DNA of 64,000 nt from an uncultured Planctomycetota bacterium (GCA_963823665.1 CAWGMQ010000008.1:1824001-1888000); one strand, 5' to 3'; counted from the stretch's first letter, positions 31,901 to 42,261 are shown. Program-made: numbers and translations. Notes: a model not told the origin generated them from the sequence alone.

Positions 31901-32486
31901 GGCCCTCCAGATGGCCGATCTCGTGCACCTGGACGATATTGACGTGCTTGATGCGGGCGGGCAGCTCGGCTTCGCGGAGGAAGCGGACTCTCTCCGATTC
32001 GGCGGCAAACTCGCCGGCGAGAATCATCTTGAGGGCGACCAGGCGGTTCAGGCGACGGTGCCGGGCCTTGTAAACGACGCCCATGCCGCCGCGTCCGACT
32101 TCGGAGAGGATCTCGTAATCGCCGACCCACCAAGGCGCGGTCGCCGGCGACGCGTCGTCGTGGGTGGGCGCGGTTGGCTGGGGAGTTGGACCAAGAGGTG
32201 CCGATCTACGACCGGTCATGGCCTCGCGCAGGCGGCCTCGCTGCAGGGCACGGACGGCGGAAATGCGACCGGCGGGGTCGTCGGGCGCGTGGACATCAGG
32301 AGATGTCGCTTCCCTTAGCCGATTCACGATCGGATCGGGTGCGGCGAGACGCTCGAGGGTGGCGCAGCAAGACTCACATAAGTCCAGATGAGCAGCGAGC
32401 CATTCGAGATCCGCCCGGGCGACCATTCCGAGGGAGAATGCGTGCAATTGTTCGGGAGTGGGATGGCCGGAGGCCGGCTCGGGCAT
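28928..32486 (-). CDS. Hanks-type Ser/Thr protein kinase with C-terminal WD40 repeats; frameshift near 31600
   Basis: GRGGMGVVY, VALK, HRDLKPAN and DFGLA in ORF 31359..32486; GTPEYMAPEQ, DIYALG, one TM segment and more than ten GH...WD repeats in ORF 28928..32008; N-terminal HPT..QL...HLDLCESC anti-sigma-like zinc motif. Confidence 0.93.
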
Positions 32487-32555
32487 GACGGGAACTCGGA
32501 TAAGCGAATGGAATCGTCTCGTTGCAGTTGAAAGCGGGCTCGGGGGGTGCGAAGC

Positions 32556-33158
32556 TCAGACGAATTCTTCGCCGCTGCAATCGATCAAGCCCGCGGCCTC
32601 TTCGCGTATGCGCTGCAGCACACGTGATTTGGCCACGTAGACCGCCCCGACGCTCATTCCGAGCTCGGCGGCCACCTCGGCGCCGGTGGCATTGTCCAGG
32701 GTGAGGCGGCGAAAGGCGCGGAAAGTCACCGGCTCGAATTCTTGCTCGACCAGGTCGAAGAGGCATCGGAGGACGTAGCGGTCGTGTTCCTCGTTCCACT
32801 GGCGATTGAGCGCGCTATTGGGGTCGGCGACCTCGTTCAAGATATCGGCCACGGTGCTGCCACCGGTGAGCGGCGGCCCTGAAGCGCGGGACCGCCAGTA
32901 ATCGCTGAAACGGTTCGCGGCGATGCTGCGGAGCCAGGACCGGAAGGCGCCGGGATGGCCGGGGTGCTGGAACGACGGCAGGGATTTCACGACCGAGACG
33001 AGGATTTCCTGGGTGAGGTCGTCTCGGTCGTGCTCGGGGAGATTCTGCTGCCTCAGCCAGCCGGCGAGGAAGGGGCGATACAGACCGGCGAGGTCTTTCC
33101 AGGAAGACTCATCGCCTGCCTGCGCCCGGATCAGAAGGCTCTGTCGAGTAACGCCCAT
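32556..33158 (-). CDS. ECF-type sigma factor paired with the kinase
   Basis: TRQSLLIR, DDLTQEIL, GAFRSWLRSI, EVAAELGMSVGAVYVAKSRVLQRIREE. Confidence 0.93.
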   Translation of the reverse strand: MGVTRQSLLIRAQAGDESSWKDLAGLYRPFLAGWLRQQNLPEHDRDDLTQEILVSVVKSLPSFQHPGHPGAFRSWLRSIAANRFSDYWRSRASGPPLTGGSTVADILNEVADPNSALNRQWNEEHDRYVLRCLFDLVEQEFEPVTFRAFRRLTLDNATGAEVAAELGMSVGAVYVAKSRVLQRIREEAAGLIDCSGEEFV

Positions 33159-33422
33159 ATTGTTGGATCGACCCTCGTCGGATGGTCAATTGTAACAGTT
33201 TCCGGCAGCGAGGGCAGGCTGGCGGAAATCTTGCACCGCCTGGCTGGCGATGGCGCCTGTTTGCGCGCGGCGCCGAACTGCTGAAAGGTTTGCGAGGTCG
33301 CCAACGCTTAAGTATGCATGCGGATCGGTCGTCAACGTGAGCGCGACCGGAACGACGCTTTCTGGCGTCGGGGGGATCCGCGATTTGCCTGCTCTGTCTC
33401 CAATTCATCGCGGAGCCACGAC

Positions 33423-33788
33423 GTGAAAAGCTGCTATTCCCGTTTCAGCTTCGAGTATCGGATGGAATCCAGCGCGGACGAGCTGCGCGTTTACCTGCGC
33501 GGCCAGCTTGTTTACGAGACGCTGCAAGCGACCGAGTCTTGCTGGGGAGCCGTGCGCGCCGGAGCGATGCCGAGAGTGGTCCTCGATCTCTCCGAGGTGA
33601 GCTTCATGGCGAGCGCGGCGCTGGGGTCGCTGCTCTCGCTTCGGCATTCGCTTGCGTCGCGAGGGTGTTCTCTGGGGATCTCGGCGATGAGCGACGATGT
33701 GCGCGAGATCATGGAGGTGAGCGGACTGAAACGGCTGTTCACAATCGATGCGGCGATTGACGAGAAAGTGCACGAATCCGCGGCGTGA
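33423..33788 (+). CDS. STAS domain protein (anti-sigma factor antagonist)
   Basis: VVLDLSEVSFMASAALGSLL, VREIMEVSGL; GGAG precedes the GTG at 33423. Confidence 0.85.
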   Translation: MKSCYSRFSFEYRMESSADELRVYLRGQLVYETLQATESCWGAVRAGAMPRVVLDLSEVSFMASAALGSLLSLRHSLASRGCSLGISAMSDDVREIMEVSGLKRLFTIDAAIDEKVHESAA

Positions 33789-33871
33789 GCGGTCGCGCGT
33801 GAAATGAGGGAAAGCGGCGTTCCACTCTTCGTTTCGAAGAGAATCCCTGGTGAGCAGAGGGGCTGGATTCG

Positions 33872-34999
33872 ATGATCCGGATTGCACTGCGGATGATTTT
33901 CGGTGCACGCGGCCGGTATGCGACGCTGGTGCTCGGGCTGGCGTTCGCAGTGTTGTTGAGCACGCAGCAGGTCGCCATCTTGCTGGGCGTTCTGGAGCGG
34001 GCTACAGGACCGCTTCAAAACATCGGTGTTGCCGATCTGTGGGTAGTCTCGAGGGACACGATTTCCATTGATTTCCTGCGCGACATGCACGTGCGTGAGC
34101 TGATGCGGGTGCGGTCGGTGTCCGGCGTCGAATGGGCCGAACCGCTCTTGAGCTACAAGGCCGCGGCCAACCTGCCGGGCGGAGAGTATTTCAACATGCA
34201 TCTGATCGGGATCGACCGATCGAGCCGGATCGGCAGGCCTCCGGAGGTGCTCAGCGGCGACCTGGCGAGTCTTGATCTGCCCGACACGGTCTTCGTCGAC
34301 GTGGCGGATGGCAGGAGCGTGCCGCGGCTCGGGATCGGGGACGTGGTCCATATCGGCGGGCGGCGCGTCCGGGTGGCCGGCACGTGCCGAGCCCGGGGCG
34401 GGCTGGAGGGGCGAGTTATCCTGTTCACATCGGTCGAGAATCTCAGACGTTTCATTCCGCCGATCGCGCAAAGCATCAGCATGATCCTGGTCAAGACGAG
34501 GCCGGGGATTGACGTGGGAGTGGTGGCCGAGCGGATCGGCAAGCTGCCGGACATCGTCGCCTTGCGGGCGGGCGAATTCCGGTGGCGGTCGATGAAATTT
34601 CTGATGGTCCGGACTGGGGTCGGGCTGAACTTCGCGATCACCGCCTTGCTCGGCTTCGTGGTGGGAGTGGTGCTGGCCACGGTCGGCTTTTACCAATTTG
34701 CGTCGGACAATCTCCCTTACTTCGCCATGATGCGTGCGGTGGGTGCGCGGAATTCCACATTGGCGGGCGTGGTGCTGGTGCAGGCGGTTGTGGCCGGACT
34801 CATCGGCTACGGGGCCGGCATTGGCCTGGCGGCCCTGGCCACGCTTCCGGGACTGGCTCCGGGCGCGGTGCTGACGTCCCGCTTTCCGTGGCCGCTCGTG
34901 TTTTTCGGCATGGTGCCGATGCTGGCGTGTATCAGCGCGGGGAGTCTGATCAATCTTCGTCGGGTGCTCAAGGTCGACCCTGTGATCCTTTTTCAGTGA
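33872..34999 (+). CDS. ABC exporter permease (FtsX/DevC-like)
   Basis: N-terminal TM, ADLWV periplasmic domain, three C-terminal TMs, MRAVGA, KVDPVILF. Confidence 0.88.
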   Translation: MIRIALRMIFGARGRYATLVLGLAFAVLLSTQQVAILLGVLERATGPLQNIGVADLWVVSRDTISIDFLRDMHVRELMRVRSVSGVEWAEPLLSYKAAANLPGGEYFNMHLIGIDRSSRIGRPPEVLSGDLASLDLPDTVFVDVADGRSVPRLGIGDVVHIGGRRVRVAGTCRARGGLEGRVILFTSVENLRRFIPPIAQSISMILVKTRPGIDVGVVAERIGKLPDIVALRAGEFRWRSMKFLMVRTGVGLNFAITALLGFVVGVVLATVGFYQFASDNLPYFAMMRAVGARNSTLAGVVLVQAVVAGLIGYGAGIGLAALATLPGLAPGAVLTSRFPWPLVFFGMVPMLACISAGSLINLRRVLKVDPVILFQ

Positions 35000-35009
35000 A
35001 AGCTCAACA

Positions 35010-35756
35010 ATGAGTGGCGAAGCTTCGGCGCTCCAGCTCAGCAAGATCACCAAGGTTTACGGGTCGGGACCGCGCGCGGTGCACGCACTGCGCGGGGTTG
35101 ACCTGCGGGTGGAACCGGGCCGGCTGGTGATGCTGGTCGGGCCCAGCGGGCGCGGCAAGACGACGCTGCTTTCGATCATCAGCGGCCTGCTCAAACCCAG
35201 CGGCGGCGAAGTCGAGATCTTCGGCCAGTCGTGGAGCAAGTGGGGTCGCAACGGATGCGCGAGGGGGTCGATGGTCGGCATGGTGTTTCAGAAATTCTAT
35301 CTGATCCCCACGATCACGACGCTCGACAACGTCGCGATGGCGTTGCTCGTGCGCGGACTGGGGCGGCGCGAGGCGGAGACGAGGGCATCGCGGACGCTCG
35401 AACGAGTGCGGCTCGGCGGCAAGCTGCTCGCGATGCCGGGCGAGCTTTCCGGAGGCATGCAGCAACGGGTGGCGCTGGCACGGGCGATCGTGGGCGAGCC
35501 GCGACTTCTGGTCTGCGACGAGCCGACGGCGAACCTCGATTCGGAAACCGGACACGCGATCATGGAGCTGATCCTCGAGGCGAATCGGGGCAGCGACGAG
35601 CGCGGCCGGCCGCGGAGCGTGCTCGTCGTGACCCATGACCCTCGGGTGCTGCGATTCGCGGATGTGATCTATCACCTTGAAGACGGCAGGCTTCGCCCGG
35701 CGGGCGAGGACATGCTGTTGCGGGTGTGGCAATCGGGTCTGGCTCTCGCTCAATGA
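35010..35756 (+). CDS. ABC exporter ATP-binding protein
   Basis: GPSGRGKTT, LSGGMQQR, VCDEPTANLD, VTHD. Confidence 0.93.
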   Translation: MSGEASALQLSKITKVYGSGPRAVHALRGVDLRVEPGRLVMLVGPSGRGKTTLLSIISGLLKPSGGEVEIFGQSWSKWGRNGCARGSMVGMVFQKFYLIPTITTLDNVAMALLVRGLGRREAETRASRTLERVRLGGKLLAMPGELSGGMQQRVALARAIVGEPRLLVCDEPTANLDSETGHAIMELILEANRGSDERGRPRSVLVVTHDPRVLRFADVIYHLEDGRLRPAGEDMLLRVWQSGLALAQ

Positions 35757-35807
35757 CGCACTTTTTCCGCCGGCTTGCGCCGGGCCAACACAACTGGAGT
35801 GACAGCG

Positions 35808-36884
35808 ATGATCAAGTGGACGACCATAATCGCGGCCTTGCTGGGAATTCCTCTGACCTGGTGGGCGGTGCAGGCGTCGACCGTGCCGCCGCCGGTACTG
35901 GCACCTGATGAATCTCCCCCCGTCAACCCGTTTTCGAATGGGATTGCCGCGCCGGGAACGGTGGAGGCGGCCAGCCGGAACATCCGGGTGGCGGCTCCTG
36001 AGCCCGGTCAGATCGCAACGGTGTTTGTCCGCGTGGGCGAGCAGGTCAAGGCCGGAGACCCGCTCTTTCGGCTCGACACCCTGTTGACTGAAGCCGAGCT
36101 AGCCAAGGCCGAAGCGGCGGTGGCTGTCGCCGAGCGAGAGGTGGAACGGCTGCGCGGCATGCCTCGCCCAGAAGAGATTGCGAGGCTCCAGGCGGCATTG
36201 GACGAAGCAACGGCGAGGCTCGCGCACAAACGTCTGGAGCACGAACGAGCCCTGCGGCTTTATTCACGCAACGTTCTGAGCCATCAAGAGCTCGGTGACG
36301 CGATCCTGGCGCTCGACGTGGCGGCGGCCGGGCAAAGGCAGGCGCAAGCAGACCTGAAGCGCGCACAGGCGGGGCCGTGGAAGCACGATCTGGCTGTTAC
36401 CGAGGCCGCGAGCCGGCGTGCCCAGGCCGAGGCCGACATGATCCGGGTGCGACTCGATCGTTTGACGGTGCGGTCGCCGATTGCCGGAACGGTGCTGAAG
36501 TGCTACGTGGAACCCGGTGAGATTGCGCCGATGGGCGACAAGCCCGCGATCGTCGTCGGAGACCTTTCGGTGTTGCATATCCGGGCGCAGGTTGACGAGC
36601 GGGATGCGCCGAGGCTCGCGGCTAATTGTCGCGCCTTCGCGTTCGTGCCGGAGGAGGCCGGGCAGTCGCGCAAGCTGAACCTCCAGATTCTGCGCATCGA
36701 ACCGCTGGCCGTGCCCAAGAACCTGGCGACGGCCTCCAACGCTGAGGTGGTCGAAACTCGCGTGGTCGAAGTTCTGTTCCGTCTGGAACCCGGCAAGGCG
36801 ATGCTGCAGCTCTATCCAGGTCAGGTGATCGACGTATTCATCAAGGCGGCGAGCCCGGCAGGACGGGAGAGCATGGGGCAGTGA
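35808..36884 (+). CDS. HlyD/DevB-type periplasmic adaptor
   Basis: N-terminal anchor, lipoyl half-motifs (GEQVKAGDPLF, VRSPIAGTVL), coiled coil, LYPGQVIDVFI. Confidence 0.9.
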   Translation: MIKWTTIIAALLGIPLTWWAVQASTVPPPVLAPDESPPVNPFSNGIAAPGTVEAASRNIRVAAPEPGQIATVFVRVGEQVKAGDPLFRLDTLLTEAELAKAEAAVAVAEREVERLRGMPRPEEIARLQAALDEATARLAHKRLEHERALRLYSRNVLSHQELGDAILALDVAAAGQRQAQADLKRAQAGPWKHDLAVTEAASRRAQAEADMIRVRLDRLTVRSPIAGTVLKCYVEPGEIAPMGDKPAIVVGDLSVLHIRAQVDERDAPRLAANCRAFAFVPEEAGQSRKLNLQILRIEPLAVPKNLATASNAEVVETRVVEVLFRLEPGKAMLQLYPGQVIDVFIKAASPAGRESMGQ

Positions 36885-36916
36885 CCAAAGGTATAATATC
36901 CAGGAAACGGACTACC

Positions 36917-37933
36917 ATGCAGATCACGGGCCCGCGTCCTGAAGAGTGGCTGCGCATCACGCCGGATGGGCTCTATTGCTCGCCCGGAGATTTCCTGATC
37001 GACCCGGTTCGCCCAGCAAGCCGGGCACTGATCACGCACGGGCATGCAGACCACGCGCGTCCGGGTCACGGCGCTGTGCTGGCGACGGCGGGAACACTCG
37101 CCATCATGCGAAGCCGGTTCGGAGAGAATGCAGGCGAGGGCCAGGCAATAGCTTACGGCGAGAAGACCGGCGTGAACGGGGTGGATGTCACGTTCCTGCC
37201 GGCCGGTCATGTGCTGGGAAGCGCCCAGATCGTGCTCGAATACGGCGGCAGCCGTGTTGTTGTTTCGGGCGATTACAAGCGGCGGCGCGACCCGACGTGC
37301 GAGGAATTCACACCGCGATCATGCGATGTGTTCATCTCGGAAGCGACGTTTGGACTGCCCGTTTTTCACCATCCGCCAGACTCGACGCAAATCTCGAAGA
37401 TTCTGGAGGCTCTCGAGCGCGAGCCGGAGCGCTGCGTGCTGGTTGGCGCTTATGCACTGGGCAAGTGCCAGCGCGTGATCTGCCTGCTGCGCGAGGCAGG
37501 TTATGATGACACCATCTACCTGCACGGGGCGGTGACGGCCTTATGCGAACTATACCGCCGGGCGGGCGTCGAGCTTGGCTCGATCGAGCCGGTTCAAGAT
37601 CTCGATAAGTCTTCGCTGCAAGGCAAGATCGTCATGGCTCCGCCTGGGGCGCTTGCCGATCGCTGGTCAAGGCGTCTGCCTGATCCGATCTGCGCGATGG
37701 CTTCCGGGTGGATGGCGATTCGCGCGCGGGCGCGGCAGCGAGGGGTCGAGCTGCCGCTCGTCATTTCCGATCACGCGGATTGGGATGAGCTCACGCAGAC
37801 GATCAGGGATGTGGGTGCATCCGAAGTATGGATTACACACGGGCGCGAAGACGCGATCGTTTACTGGGCGACGCAAAACGGTTTGAAGGCGAGGCCGCTC
37901 GACATTCAGGGCTACGAGGATGAGGGAGATTGA
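36917..37933 (+). CDS. Ligase-associated DNA damage response exonuclease (metallo-beta-lactamase fold)
   Basis: THGHADH, PAGHVLGSAQ, SGDYKR, EATFGLP, ISDHADW, THG. Confidence 0.93.
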   Translation: MQITGPRPEEWLRITPDGLYCSPGDFLIDPVRPASRALITHGHADHARPGHGAVLATAGTLAIMRSRFGENAGEGQAIAYGEKTGVNGVDVTFLPAGHVLGSAQIVLEYGGSRVVVSGDYKRRRDPTCEEFTPRSCDVFISEATFGLPVFHHPPDSTQISKILEALEREPERCVLVGAYALGKCQRVICLLREAGYDDTIYLHGAVTALCELYRRAGVELGSIEPVQDLDKSSLQGKIVMAPPGALADRWSRRLPDPICAMASGWMAIRARARQRGVELPLVISDHADWDELTQTIRDVGASEVWITHGREDAIVYWATQNGLKARPLDIQGYEDEGD

Positions 37934-39519
37934 TGGAGGCCTTCGCGAAGCTTCTGGATAGCCTGTCCACGAGCGGCTCGACTCTGGCCAAGCGGCGTCT
38001 GATGGCTGATTACTTCAAGGCGACGCAAGATCCCGAGCGGGGCTGGGCGCTGGCGGCGCTTGCAGGCACGCTCTCCTTTCCGACGGCGAAGCCTAACGTG
38101 ATACGCGAGCTGGTCGCGAGCCGTATTGATCCGGTGCTCTACGCGCTTTCGCGCGACTATGTGGGCGACATGGCCGAGACCGTGGCGCTCATCTGGCCCA
38201 ACGATCGACGTCGCGAAGAGCCGCTGCGCCTGAGCCAGATCGCTCTTGTCCAGTCGCAAACCGATCGGAAGGCGTTGCAAGCCGAGCTTGGTACGTGGCT
38301 CGATCAAATCGATCCCGTCGGCCGTTGGGCGTTGCTCAAGCTGATCACCGGCAACATCCGCATCGGTGTTTCCGCACGGCTGGCGAAGACGGCCTTGGCG
38401 GACGGGTTCGGGAAGGACCTCGATCAAATCGAGCAGCTCTGGCATGGCCTGGCGCCTCCTTATCAATCACTGTTCGCGTGGCTCGAAGGCCATGCGGAAA
38501 TGCCGGTGCCGGCGCGGTGCGCGGCATTCCTGCCGATGATGCTTTCTCATCCGATTGAAGACAGCGAGCTTGAGGCGATTGATCTGCACGCGTTTCAAGT
38601 CGAGCCAAAGTGGGATGGCGTGCGGGTGCAGCTTGCGCGATCGGGCGAGCACATTGCGCTCTACTCGCGAACAGGCGACGACATCAGCGAGACGTTTCCG
38701 GACATCGTCAAGGCTACGCTGGCCATCGATGAGCAGGAGTTCGTGCTCGACGGTGAATTGTTGACCAAGGACCAAGACGAGATTGCGCCGTTCAATGCGC
38801 TGCAGCAACGACTTAACCGGAAGAAGGTCACGCAGGCCATGCTCGCGGATTACCCCGCGCATATCCGGCTTTACGATATCCTGATTGATCGGGGTGAGGA
38901 CATCCGGGGCCTGCCGCTGCGTGAGCGGCGGGAGCGGCTGGAAGGCTGGTATATGCGGTATACTTCGCGGTCGATGGATCTATCGCCGGTGCTCTCGCTT
39001 CGAAGCAAGGATGAGCTGCAAGCATTCCGGGAAGAGGCGCGAGCGAATCCACAGAGCGGGGTCGAGGGCGTGATGATCAAGAGGCTGGAGAGCCCTTACA
39101 TCGCGGGCCGGCCGCGCGGACATTGGTTCAAGTGGAAGCGGAACACGCTGACGCTCGATTGCGTGTTGCTTTATGCGCAGCGTGGCAGCGGCAAGCGATC
39201 TTCGTTCTATTCGGATTACACATTCGGGGTCTGGCATGAAGGCATGCTGCTGCCGATCGGCAAAGCGTATTCGGGATTTACCGATGAAGAGCTTTTCAAG
39301 CTGGACAAGTGGATCCGGGCCAACACGATCAATCGGTTCGGGCCGGTGCGCGAGGTGAAGCACGAGCTGGTGTTCGAGATCGAGTTTGATTCGATCCACG
39401 AGTCGAGCCGGCACAAGTCGGGGCTGGCCATGCGGTTTCCGCGGGTGCAGCGGATCCGGTGGGACAAGCCGGCTGGCGAGGCGGATTCGCTTGAGAATGC
39501 GCGGAAGCTGGCGGTTTGA
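37933..39519 (+). CDS. ATP-dependent DNA ligase (cisplatin damage response type)
   Basis: YVGDMAETVAL, EPKWDG, LDGEL, EGVMIK, WFKWK, RHKSGLAMRFPR; TGATG coupling to the exonuclease. Confidence 0.95.
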   Translation: MEAFAKLLDSLSTSGSTLAKRRLMADYFKATQDPERGWALAALAGTLSFPTAKPNVIRELVASRIDPVLYALSRDYVGDMAETVALIWPNDRRREEPLRLSQIALVQSQTDRKALQAELGTWLDQIDPVGRWALLKLITGNIRIGVSARLAKTALADGFGKDLDQIEQLWHGLAPPYQSLFAWLEGHAEMPVPARCAAFLPMMLSHPIEDSELEAIDLHAFQVEPKWDGVRVQLARSGEHIALYSRTGDDISETFPDIVKATLAIDEQEFVLDGELLTKDQDEIAPFNALQQRLNRKKVTQAMLADYPAHIRLYDILIDRGEDIRGLPLRERRERLEGWYMRYTSRSMDLSPVLSLRSKDELQAFREEARANPQSGVEGVMIKRLESPYIAGRPRGHWFKWKRNTLTLDCVLLYAQRGSGKRSSFYSDYTFGVWHEGMLLPIGKAYSGFTDEELFKLDKWIRANTINRFGPVREVKHELVFEIEFDSIHESSRHKSGLAMRFPRVQRIRWDKPAGEADSLENARKLAV

Positions 39520-39559
39520 AGCGGGGGGGCGGCGGGCCCCTGGTCATGGCAGCTCGGCG

Positions 39560-39823
39560 TTAGAAGCCGCGCTCGGCGATCTTGTCGGCCACGAAGGCGA
39601 GCATGTGGGCAACGAAGTTCGTCTTATCGGCGCTTGAGGCACTGCTCTGGTTGATGATGTGGGCGGCTGCCAGGCCTGCGAGTAATCCGGCGTTGAAGTC
39701 GTCCGATTGCAGCCCGGTGAAGTTCTCGTCGTAGAGCTGGCGCTCTAGGTCGGAGAGATGCTCGACCTGACTCGCAAATTGCTGGATCTGCTTGGCGTCG
39801 AAGCGGGTGTCGATGGTGAACAC
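39560..39823 (-). CDS. Hypothetical protein, 87 aa
   Basis: GGAGG RBS before GTG at 39823; plausible composition (FTIDTRFDAKQIQQF...KIAERGF); directly downstream of ynfA. Confidence 0.6.
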   Translation of the reverse strand: MFTIDTRFDAKQIQQFASQVEHLSDLERQLYDENFTGLQSDDFNAGLLAGLAAAHIINQSSASSADKTNFVAHMLAFVADKIAERGF

Positions 39824-39840
39824 GGTGCCTCCAGAATTCG

Positions 39841-40167
39841 TCAGCTCGTTCGCGGGGCGAAGAGGATGAGGGCTGCGCCAGCGAGGCAGATGGATGCGCC
39901 GAGCAGATCCCAGCGGTCGGGGCGAATGCCTTCGGCGGCCCAGAGCCAACCGACTGACGCGAGGATGTAGATACCGCCATAGGCGGCATAAGCGCGGCCG
40001 GCGTGGCTTGAGTCGATGCGGGTGAGGGCCAGGGCGAAAATGATCAGAGCCGCAAGACCCGGGAGAATCCAGAGCGGGCTCTTCTGCATTCTGAGCCACG
40101 CCCAGAACGCGAAGCAGCCGCTGATTTCGCCTGCTGCGGCCAGGAGATACCAAAGAAGCGATCTCAA
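39841..40167 (-). CDS. ynfA: YnfA family (UPF0060) small membrane protein
   Basis: [39 protein letters not shown]. Confidence 0.93.
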   Translation of the reverse strand: MRSLLWYLLAAAGEISGCFAFWAWLRMQKSPLWILPGLAALIIFALALTRIDSSHAGRAYAAYGGIYILASVGWLWAAEGIRPDRWDLLGASICLAGAALILFAPRTS

Positions 40168-40184
40168 TTGTGTTCAGCCGGCGC

Positions 40185-41003
40185 CTAAGCAATGGATTCA
40201 AGAGTCAGCACGAAGATCAGGGTCGAGTGTCCGGGAATGGGTCCGTTCGCCTGATTGCCGTAGCCTTCGGCCGGAGGGATCAACACGATTCGCGTTTCTC
40301 CGACCTGCATGCCGGTTGCTCCTTCGTCAAAGCCGGGAATGACCTGTCCCGTGCCGAGTGTGAAGCTAAAGGGCGCTCCACCGTCGTTGAGGGAGTCGTC
40401 GAAGATGTGGCCATTTTTCGCGAGATAGCCCGTGTAGAGCACACTGGCCGTTTGGCCTGACTGGATTTCGGGACCAGATCCTTGCGCGATCGTCTCAATC
40501 TTCACGCCACCGGCGAGCGTAGTGTAGGCGGGCTTGCTGACCACGAAGGACTTATTCGCGCGGCTCTTCGAGTACGCACCGACGGGGTTGAAGGATGCAG
40601 TGATCGGGTATTTGCCGAAGAAGAATGCGGGCCCGCCGGGCGGTTGTGTCAGAGTGTATGTGGCGTCGCTGAAGGCAAACTTGGGGTTCGTCGACGTTTC
40701 CGGCGACAGGGTGAGCGACTGAATGATCGCGCCGTGCTCAGTGATATTCACGGTTCCTTGCGGCGAACCCGCGCTGGCGGGTGCCCGCACCGTTACCGTG
40801 AACGTAATGGGTTGGCCCAGGGTTCCGGCGCTCACCGCAATCGATGTCTGTGTTTTCGCCGCACGCGCAGTCCGCGCGGCGATCTCCGCAGCGGATTGAT
40901 GAATGATGCTGGCAGGGGCAATTCCTGAGAGAACAACGCGGCTTTCAAGGACATTGGTCGCGAGCGAAAGAGCCGGCGCGAATTGCAATCGTCTTTTGTT
41001 CAT
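40185..41003 (-). CDS. FKBP-type peptidyl-prolyl isomerase with planctomycete leader and Ig-like domain
   Basis: NVLESRVVLS leader; GQPITFTVTV...PQGTV Ig-like segment; YTGYL, FDDS, GQVIPGFDEG, IPPAEGYG, IPGHSTLIF. Confidence 0.9.
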   Translation of the reverse strand: MNKRRLQFAPALSLATNVLESRVVLSGIAPASIIHQSAAEIAARTARAAKTQTSIAVSAGTLGQPITFTVTVRAPASAGSPQGTVNITEHGAIIQSLTLSPETSTNPKFAFSDATYTLTQPPGGPAFFFGKYPITASFNPVGAYSKSRANKSFVVSKPAYTTLAGGVKIETIAQGSGPEIQSGQTASVLYTGYLAKNGHIFDDSLNDGGAPFSFTLGTGQVIPGFDEGATGMQVGETRIVLIPPAEGYGNQANGPIPGHSTLIFVLTLESIA

Positions 41004-41123
41004 GCGAATGGTCCTGCGGAACAGATTGGGAACTCCGTGCGTCAAGAGTATACAGAACGCTCGAAAACGGAAAACCGAGCTTTTGGAAACGCGCGCCGGA
41101 CAATGTTAAGGGAGGGAAGATAG

Positions 41124-42162
41124 ATGCGAAGTCGTTTGATGCTTTCTGTCGTTGGTTGTCACGCCGAGGGTGAAGTGGGCGACGTGATTATCGGGGGCTT
41201 TCTGGCGCCCGCGGGCGCGACGATGTTCGAGCGGATGAGGACGATGGAGCGCGACTTTGACCATGTGCGCCGATTTCTGCTGTGTGAGCCGCGAGGAAGC
41301 GTGTGCCGGCATGTGAACTTGCTGACGCCCCCGATCAATACCGGTTGTGACGTCGGCGTGATCATCATGGAGCCGACGGAATATGTGCCGATGTCGGGGT
41401 CAAACCTGATCTGTACGGTTACGGTGATCCTGGAGACCGGAATCGTTCCGATCAAGGAGCCCGAGACCATCGTGATGGTCGATACACCCGCCGGGGCGGT
41501 GAAGGCTGTTGCGGAATGTCGAGATGGGCGGTGCCTGTCAGTGGAATTCGAGAATGTGCCGAGCTTTGTCGATCGCCTGGATGCGGCGATCGACGTGGCG
41601 GGACTGGGGACTGTCAGCGCGGACATTGCCTACGGGGGAATGTTCTACGCGATCGTTGATGCGACGAAACTGGGATTCCGCGTGGACGCCTCGGAGGCGC
41701 GGGAGCTTGCTGTCGCGGGTGAAGAGATCCGGCTGGCGGCACGCGAACAACTGGAGGTCATCCACCCTGAGAACCCGGGAATTCGGGGTGTCTCCATCGT
41801 CCAGCTCGCGCGACCGTTCGAGGGAGCCGGCAACGTGACGCGAAACACGTGTATCGTCGCGCCGGACGGTCGGACCGGAGCCCGACCGGCACCGGCACGT
41901 GGCGCGAATGGCCGTTCTTCATGCCCGCGGCCAGATGGCTGTCGGCGATTCGATGATCCACGAATCCCTGATCGGAACGCAGTTTCGCGGGCGGATCGTC
42001 TCGACGACGTCAGCCGGAGGCCGGTCGGCGATCATTCCCGCCATCAAAGGACGAGCCTGGATCACCGGGTTCAGCACGTACCTCCTCGACCCGGATGACC
42101 CGTTCCCCGAGGGCTATTTCCTCCGCGATAGCTGGGGCGTGACTGGCGAGATCACACAGTAA
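41124..42162 (+). CDS. Proline racemase superfamily protein with Ser/Thr active-site pair; two 1-bp deletions near 41863 and 41900
   Basis: HAEGEVG, EPRG, PMSGSN, NVPSF, DIAYGG; DRSPTGTG is readable in a shifted frame at ~41872-41896; C-terminus ESLIGTQF...GRAWITG in ORF 41899..42162. Confidence 0.88.
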
Positions 42163-42185
42163 AAAGTCGGGAGTAGAGTGCCTCA

Positions 42186-42219
42186 TTGACATTTGTCGGA
42201 AGACTCTTACAATTGTCGT
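42186..42219 (+). promoter_or_regulatory. Sigma70-type promoter overlapped by two ACA-N2-TGT boxes (BlaI/MecI/CopY-like operators)
   Basis: TTGACA 42186-91, 16-bp spacer, TACAAT 42208-13; GACAttTGTC 42188-97 and TACAatTGTC 42208-17. Confidence 0.6.
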
Positions 42220-42261
42220 GAGAGACTCACTTCGTCCCCTATTTCATGTAGGAGGCCGCCG

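Noticed and set aside
33512..35053. 513-aa minus-strand ORF, and similar ones at 14816..15874, 19992..21197, 25262..26347, 53312..54649, 55105..56574 and 60021..61532
   Set aside because: All overlap well-supported genes on the opposite strand and have no recognisable domains.
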